In this document: positions 60,188 through 64,000 of the stretch, piece by piece
Layout: the number at the start of each line of letters is the position of its first letter
Position numbering within the stretch: position 1 is the stretch's first letter
NCBI GenBank assembly: GCA_008632985.1
Contig: QPGO01000176.1
Location: forward strand, 79,778 to 143,777
Source: Psammoneis japonica
Taxonomy: Eukaryota
DNA: 64,000 bases
Direction of reading: 5' to 3'
The notes under the pieces: model-generated
What the model was told of the DNA's origin: nothing
The model's input: only the letters and a program-made list of their open reading frames with translations
The model's database searches: none
Position numbers and translations under genes: made by a program

Positions 60188-62557
60188 ATGAAAGTGCTGG
60201 TTCAAAAGTTCGCGCTATTGGCGCTTTTGGCCGCCCCTTTGCAAGGCGCTGAGACAGGAGGCCTTCGTGGGCCTGGTCCGCAAAACGACATTCGCCAACT
60301 TCGCAATTTGAGCGTGGGCGGATCGATTCATGGCTGTGTTGCAAATAACAAGGATCTTCGCTTTGTCGGAAGCGGAGACGGCTGCAGCTCCTACGAGCAG
60401 TACGTCCACTTGAGTGCCTCTGATCTTAGTGGAGAAGTCCAACAGCCTCAAGAGAAGGCAAGCATGCGTCGCCGTCATCTTGGAAAGTCGGAGACGAGGC
60501 TATCTCCGGAATCGCATTCTGGCTCGGGACCAGGAATGTACATGGGAGGTGTCGTTCATGTCTGTATGAAGATGGACAAGTACATCCGCTTGGTCGATGG
60601 CATGAGCATGTGCAGCAATTCGGAAACCTACGTCTACTGGAAAGTAAAGGGAGACCGAGGCAAAGACGGAAAGGATGGTAAAGATGGAAAGGATGGTAAA
60701 GATGGGAAGGACGGTTCCGACGGAAAAGATGGTAAAGATGGAAAGAAGGGAGAAAAAGGAGCTGACGGCGTGAATGGGAAGGATGGCAAAGATGGAAGGA
60801 ACGGAGTCGACGGACAGGACGGCCACGATGGAAAGGACGGCAGAAACGGCAAGGACGGAAGGGATGGTCGAGACGGAAGACATGGAAAGGACGGTATGGA
60901 CGGCTCTAGTGGTGCCGACGGCAGAGATGGCAAGGACGGTGCCGACGGCAGGCACGGCAAAGATGGCAAGGACGGTGCCGACGGCTCAAGTGGCGCTGAT
61001 GGCAAGGACGGTGCCGACGGCAAGGACGGGAAAGATGGCGAGGACGGTGCCGATGGAAAGGACGGGAAAGATGGCGATGACGGTGCCGACGGAAAGGACG
61101 GCTCTAGTGGCGATGACGGCAAGGATGGTGCCGACGGAAAGGACGGAGCCGACGGAAAGGACGGTGTCGACGGAAAGGACGGTGTCGACGGAAAGGATGG
61201 CGAGGACGGAAAGGACGGTGCCGACGGAAAGGACGGCAAAGATGGCGACGACGGAAAGGATGGTGCCGACGGAAAGGACGGCGCGGACGGAAAGGATGGC
61301 AAGGACGGTGCCGACGGCTCAAGTGGCGATGACGGCAAGGACGGTGAAGACGGCAAGGACGGAAAGGATGGCGAAGACGGCGAAGACGGAAAGGATGGCG
61401 TCGACGGAAAGGATGGCAAAGATGGCGATGACGGAAAGGACGGAAAGGATGGCGATGACGGAAAGGACGGCGCCGACGGAAAGGACGGAAAGGATGGCGA
61501 TGACGGAAAGGACGGTGCCGACGGAAAGGACGGCTCAGACGGAGCGGATGGCAAAGATGGAATGGACGGCTCAAGTGGCGATGACGGAATGGACGGCGCC
61601 GATGGAAAGGACGGCAAAGATGGCGAGGACGGCAAGGACGGAAAGGACGGCGCCGACGGAAAGGACGGAGAAGATGGCGATGACGGTGCCGACGGAAAGG
61701 ACGGCAAGGACGGCGATGACGGCAAGGACGGTGCCGACGGAAAGGACGGCAAGGACGGTGATGACGGCAAGGACGGTGCCGACGGAAAGAATGGCGTCGA
61801 CGGAAAGGATGGCAAAGACGGAATGGACGGTTCAAGTGGCGATGACGGCAAGGACGGTGCCGACGGCAAGGACGGTGCCGATGGTAAGGATGGTGTTGAC
61901 GGCAAGGACGGAAAGGATGGCGAAGACGGCGATGACGGCAAGGATGGCAAGGACGGAAAGGACGGCGCCGACGGCTCCAGTGGCGATGATGGAAAGGACG
62001 GCGCCGACGGCAAGGATGGCGAAGATGGTGAGGACGGCAAGGACGGTGCCGACGGCAAGGATGGCGATGATGGCAAGGACGGTGCTGACGGCAAGGACGG
62101 CATGGACGGCAAGGATGGCGAAGATGGTGAGGACGGAAAGGACGGAAAGAACGGCGTCGACGGAAAGGACGGATCAAGTGGCGACGACGGAAAGGACGGC
62201 GTTGACGGCAAGGATGGCGAGGACGGCGAGGACGGCAAGGACGGCAAGAACGGCAAGAATGGCGAGGACGGAAAGGATGGCGTAGACGGCAAGGACGGAA
62301 AGGATGGTGAAGATGGCAAGGACGGCGTCGACGGCAAGGACGGTTCCAGCGGTGATGACGGCAAGGACGGCATGGATGGCAAGGACGGCAAGGACGGCGA
62401 GGATGGCAAGAACGGCAAGAACGGCAAGGACGGCGAGGATGGCAAGGACGGTGAGGACGGCAAGGACGGCAAGGATGGCAAGGACGCTGTCGCCTTTTCG
62501 CCCAGTATGGATTCGCCTGATGATTCGCACATGGCCTCCCCCAGTCATTCGCGTTAA
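60188..62557 (+). CDS. Secreted collagen-like protein with a long (Gly-X-Asp)n domain
   Basis: Signal peptide MKVLVQKFALLALLAAPLQGA, two Cys-containing N-terminal repeats, ~600 aa of uninterrupted Gly-X-Y triplets (GKD/GAD/GED/GDD/GSS). Confidence 0.9.
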   Translation: MKVLVQKFALLALLAAPLQGAETGGLRGPGPQNDIRQLRNLSVGGSIHGCVANNKDLRFVGSGDGCSSYEQYVHLSASDLSGEVQQPQEKASMRRRHLGKSETRLSPESHSGSGPGMYMGGVVHVCMKMDKYIRLVDGMSMCSNSETYVYWKVKGDRGKDGKDGKDGKDGKDGKDGSDGKDGKDGKKGEKGADGVNGKDGKDGRNGVDGQDGHDGKDGRNGKDGRDGRDGRHGKDGMDGSSGADGRDGKDGADGRHGKDGKDGADGSSGADGKDGADGKDGKDGEDGADGKDGKDGDDGADGKDGSSGDDGKDGADGKDGADGKDGVDGKDGVDGKDGEDGKDGADGKDGKDGDDGKDGADGKDGADGKDGKDGADGSSGDDGKDGEDGKDGKDGEDGEDGKDGVDGKDGKDGDDGKDGKDGDDGKDGADGKDGKDGDDGKDGADGKDGSDGADGKDGMDGSSGDDGMDGADGKDGKDGEDGKDGKDGADGKDGEDGDDGADGKDGKDGDDGKDGADGKDGKDGDDGKDGADGKNGVDGKDGKDGMDGSSGDDGKDGADGKDGADGKDGVDGKDGKDGEDGDDGKDGKDGKDGADGSSGDDGKDGADGKDGEDGEDGKDGADGKDGDDGKDGADGKDGMDGKDGEDGEDGKDGKNGVDGKDGSSGDDGKDGVDGKDGEDGEDGKDGKNGKNGEDGKDGVDGKDGKDGEDGKDGVDGKDGSSGDDGKDGMDGKDGKDGEDGKNGKNGKDGEDGKDGEDGKDGKDGKDAVAFSPSMDSPDDSHMASPSHSR

Positions 62558-63299
62558 TTCCTCATGTTTTGGTGGTGTTATGGAGAATAAAGGGCCGCAA
62601 TTCATGAAGACTGCCTGCTAGCTTAGAGACACATTAACAACAGAATTATATGCACGCTCTCCCCATTTATCCTCTAATGTCATAGAGTACATGCATGTCT
62701 CGTGCGAGAATCTCTTCAGGAGGAGAGAAGCAGAGGTCACGTCGATCGCGTCAAACATCGGAGCGGCATGCACAAGTTGTTGGCAACCGGTATCAAAGGA
62801 AGCTGTGTCTGTTTGGCATGAGATATGTTGCACAAATCTCTTCCGAAGACTGTGAATGAGTTAACCGATTCTGGTTTCAGTCAATTCGCCGCTTCACGCG
62901 CCACCGCCTCAACTGCCCCCAGCTCACATTGTAAATCGAAAACTTGCGAGTGTAGTTCATGCGCCGCCAATTCTGATCTTAATGGGTCGACCAAGGAGAC
63001 TGCTGGCACTAACATCGACGAGCTCTTTTTTGCGCCTGCGAAGTTCTGCTTCCGTCGTGAACAAGGCAGTGGCCTGATAACTCATTTGCAGCAATGGGGA
63101 ACTACAGTCTTTGCCATGCAGGCGCGATTCTAGCTTTCCACGGTTCTCATTGTATCACAGTTGTCCTTGCTTTCGTCTTGCAGCTTTTCAATCCAACTTT
63201 CGAACTTCTGGCACCTCACAACACCACAGAAGTAGATCCTTTTCCAACTGAAAATTCAAGGTGGGTGTCTCTGGCGATGTTGGCTCAAGTCTTGGCTTC

Positions 63300-64000
63300 A
63301 GGCGACATGCACTGTGTTCTCCAGATGTGATTGTGAAGTCACTGTGGCGCTGTGCTTGTGGAATGAATGGGGGGCATCACTGGCTGGTGCAGCTGTTAGC
63401 CACAGACCGAGCTGTTGGGAGTGCTGCTCTCTGCTGCCAGCAGTGGCCAGCAGCTGCCAGCTGCCAGCTCCTCCAGCTGGCTGGCAGAGCCATCTGGCAG
63501 CTGCAGACACTGCAAAACAAGCTCCGGTTCACAAAATCGTGACGTCTTTTCATGACTCACACAAAACTGAATCCGCCAAAACCATCAAAATTTTTCTTCA
63601 AAATTTCATTTCCAATGAAAACCAGTTGGCTCGCTGGATGTGGTTCAGCAAATTGCCCAAGACTTTGGGCCAAAAGTGGCAATCGATGAGTCTGCCTTTA
63701 AAGGGAACATCAAAGATTGTCTTGTGGGGCTGAGATGCCAGTGCATGACAACATCCATGCAGAGGCTGTGTGGCTGGCCTGGCACAGTGTTGCGCTGCTG
63801 GGCACTGATGCACCAGCAAGACAATTGGAGAGTGTGCCTTTCAAGGGCACATCAAAGATTGTCATGTGGAGCTGCAGCATCAGCGCGAATGACACCCATT
63901 TGGAGCAGTGGTTGGCGTGGCACAGTGCAGCATTTTGCAAGGTGCTGCCGTGCCACCAGCATGGGAACTGCATTTCGACAAGGTCGCTGCTCTGCTCTTG
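63300..64000. repeat. Start of another TpA-depleted repeat block
   Basis: TA nearly absent, TG/CA excess, duplicated AAGGG.ACATCAAAGATTGTC.TGTGG.GCTG. Confidence 0.6.

Noticed and set aside
60650..62490. Low TpA in the collagen repeat as evidence of hypermutation
   Set aside because: Explained by GGN-AAG-GAY codon composition; CpG abundant and no TG/CA excess
60634..62532. Long antisense (PSx)n ORF and alternative-frame Arg/Thr/Met or Arg/His/Pro ORFs
   Set aside because: Shadows of the collagen repeat; only the + frame has a signal peptide and N-terminal domain

Overview
Eukaryotic nuclear DNA, most likely from a pennate diatom (short GT-AG introns, CoDi-type Ty1/copia elements, diatom-like gene set). 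There are a few intact genes: a PH-domain PI4-kinase, a DUF1769 protein, a membrane protein, an ATP-grasp enzyme and a secreted Gly-Lys-Asp collagen-like protein. These sit among many decayed host-gene fragments (spermidine synthase-like, ADP-ribosyltransferase-like, CK1/VRK-FHA kinase, eIF5B, MYST Tudor-knot, kinesin, FYVE protein) and transposons (one full-length young copia with LTRs/TSD/PBS/PPT, three older copia relics, one non-autonomous hAT element). The dominant unexplained signal is a repeat-restricted hypermutation that converts TpA to TpG or CpA, i.e. A>G on either strand and the mirror image of fungal RIP. It has almost erased TpA from sharply bounded blocks (~5.4-8.0, 11.0-15.2, 25.0-27.3, 28.3-42.3, 47.0-52.3 and 63.3-64 kb) and turns transposon Tyr codons into Cys/His. 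It is directly visible between the two LTRs of the young element: 13 of 19 TpA sites are converted in one LTR. Block edges and pseudogene limits are approximate (read by eye).
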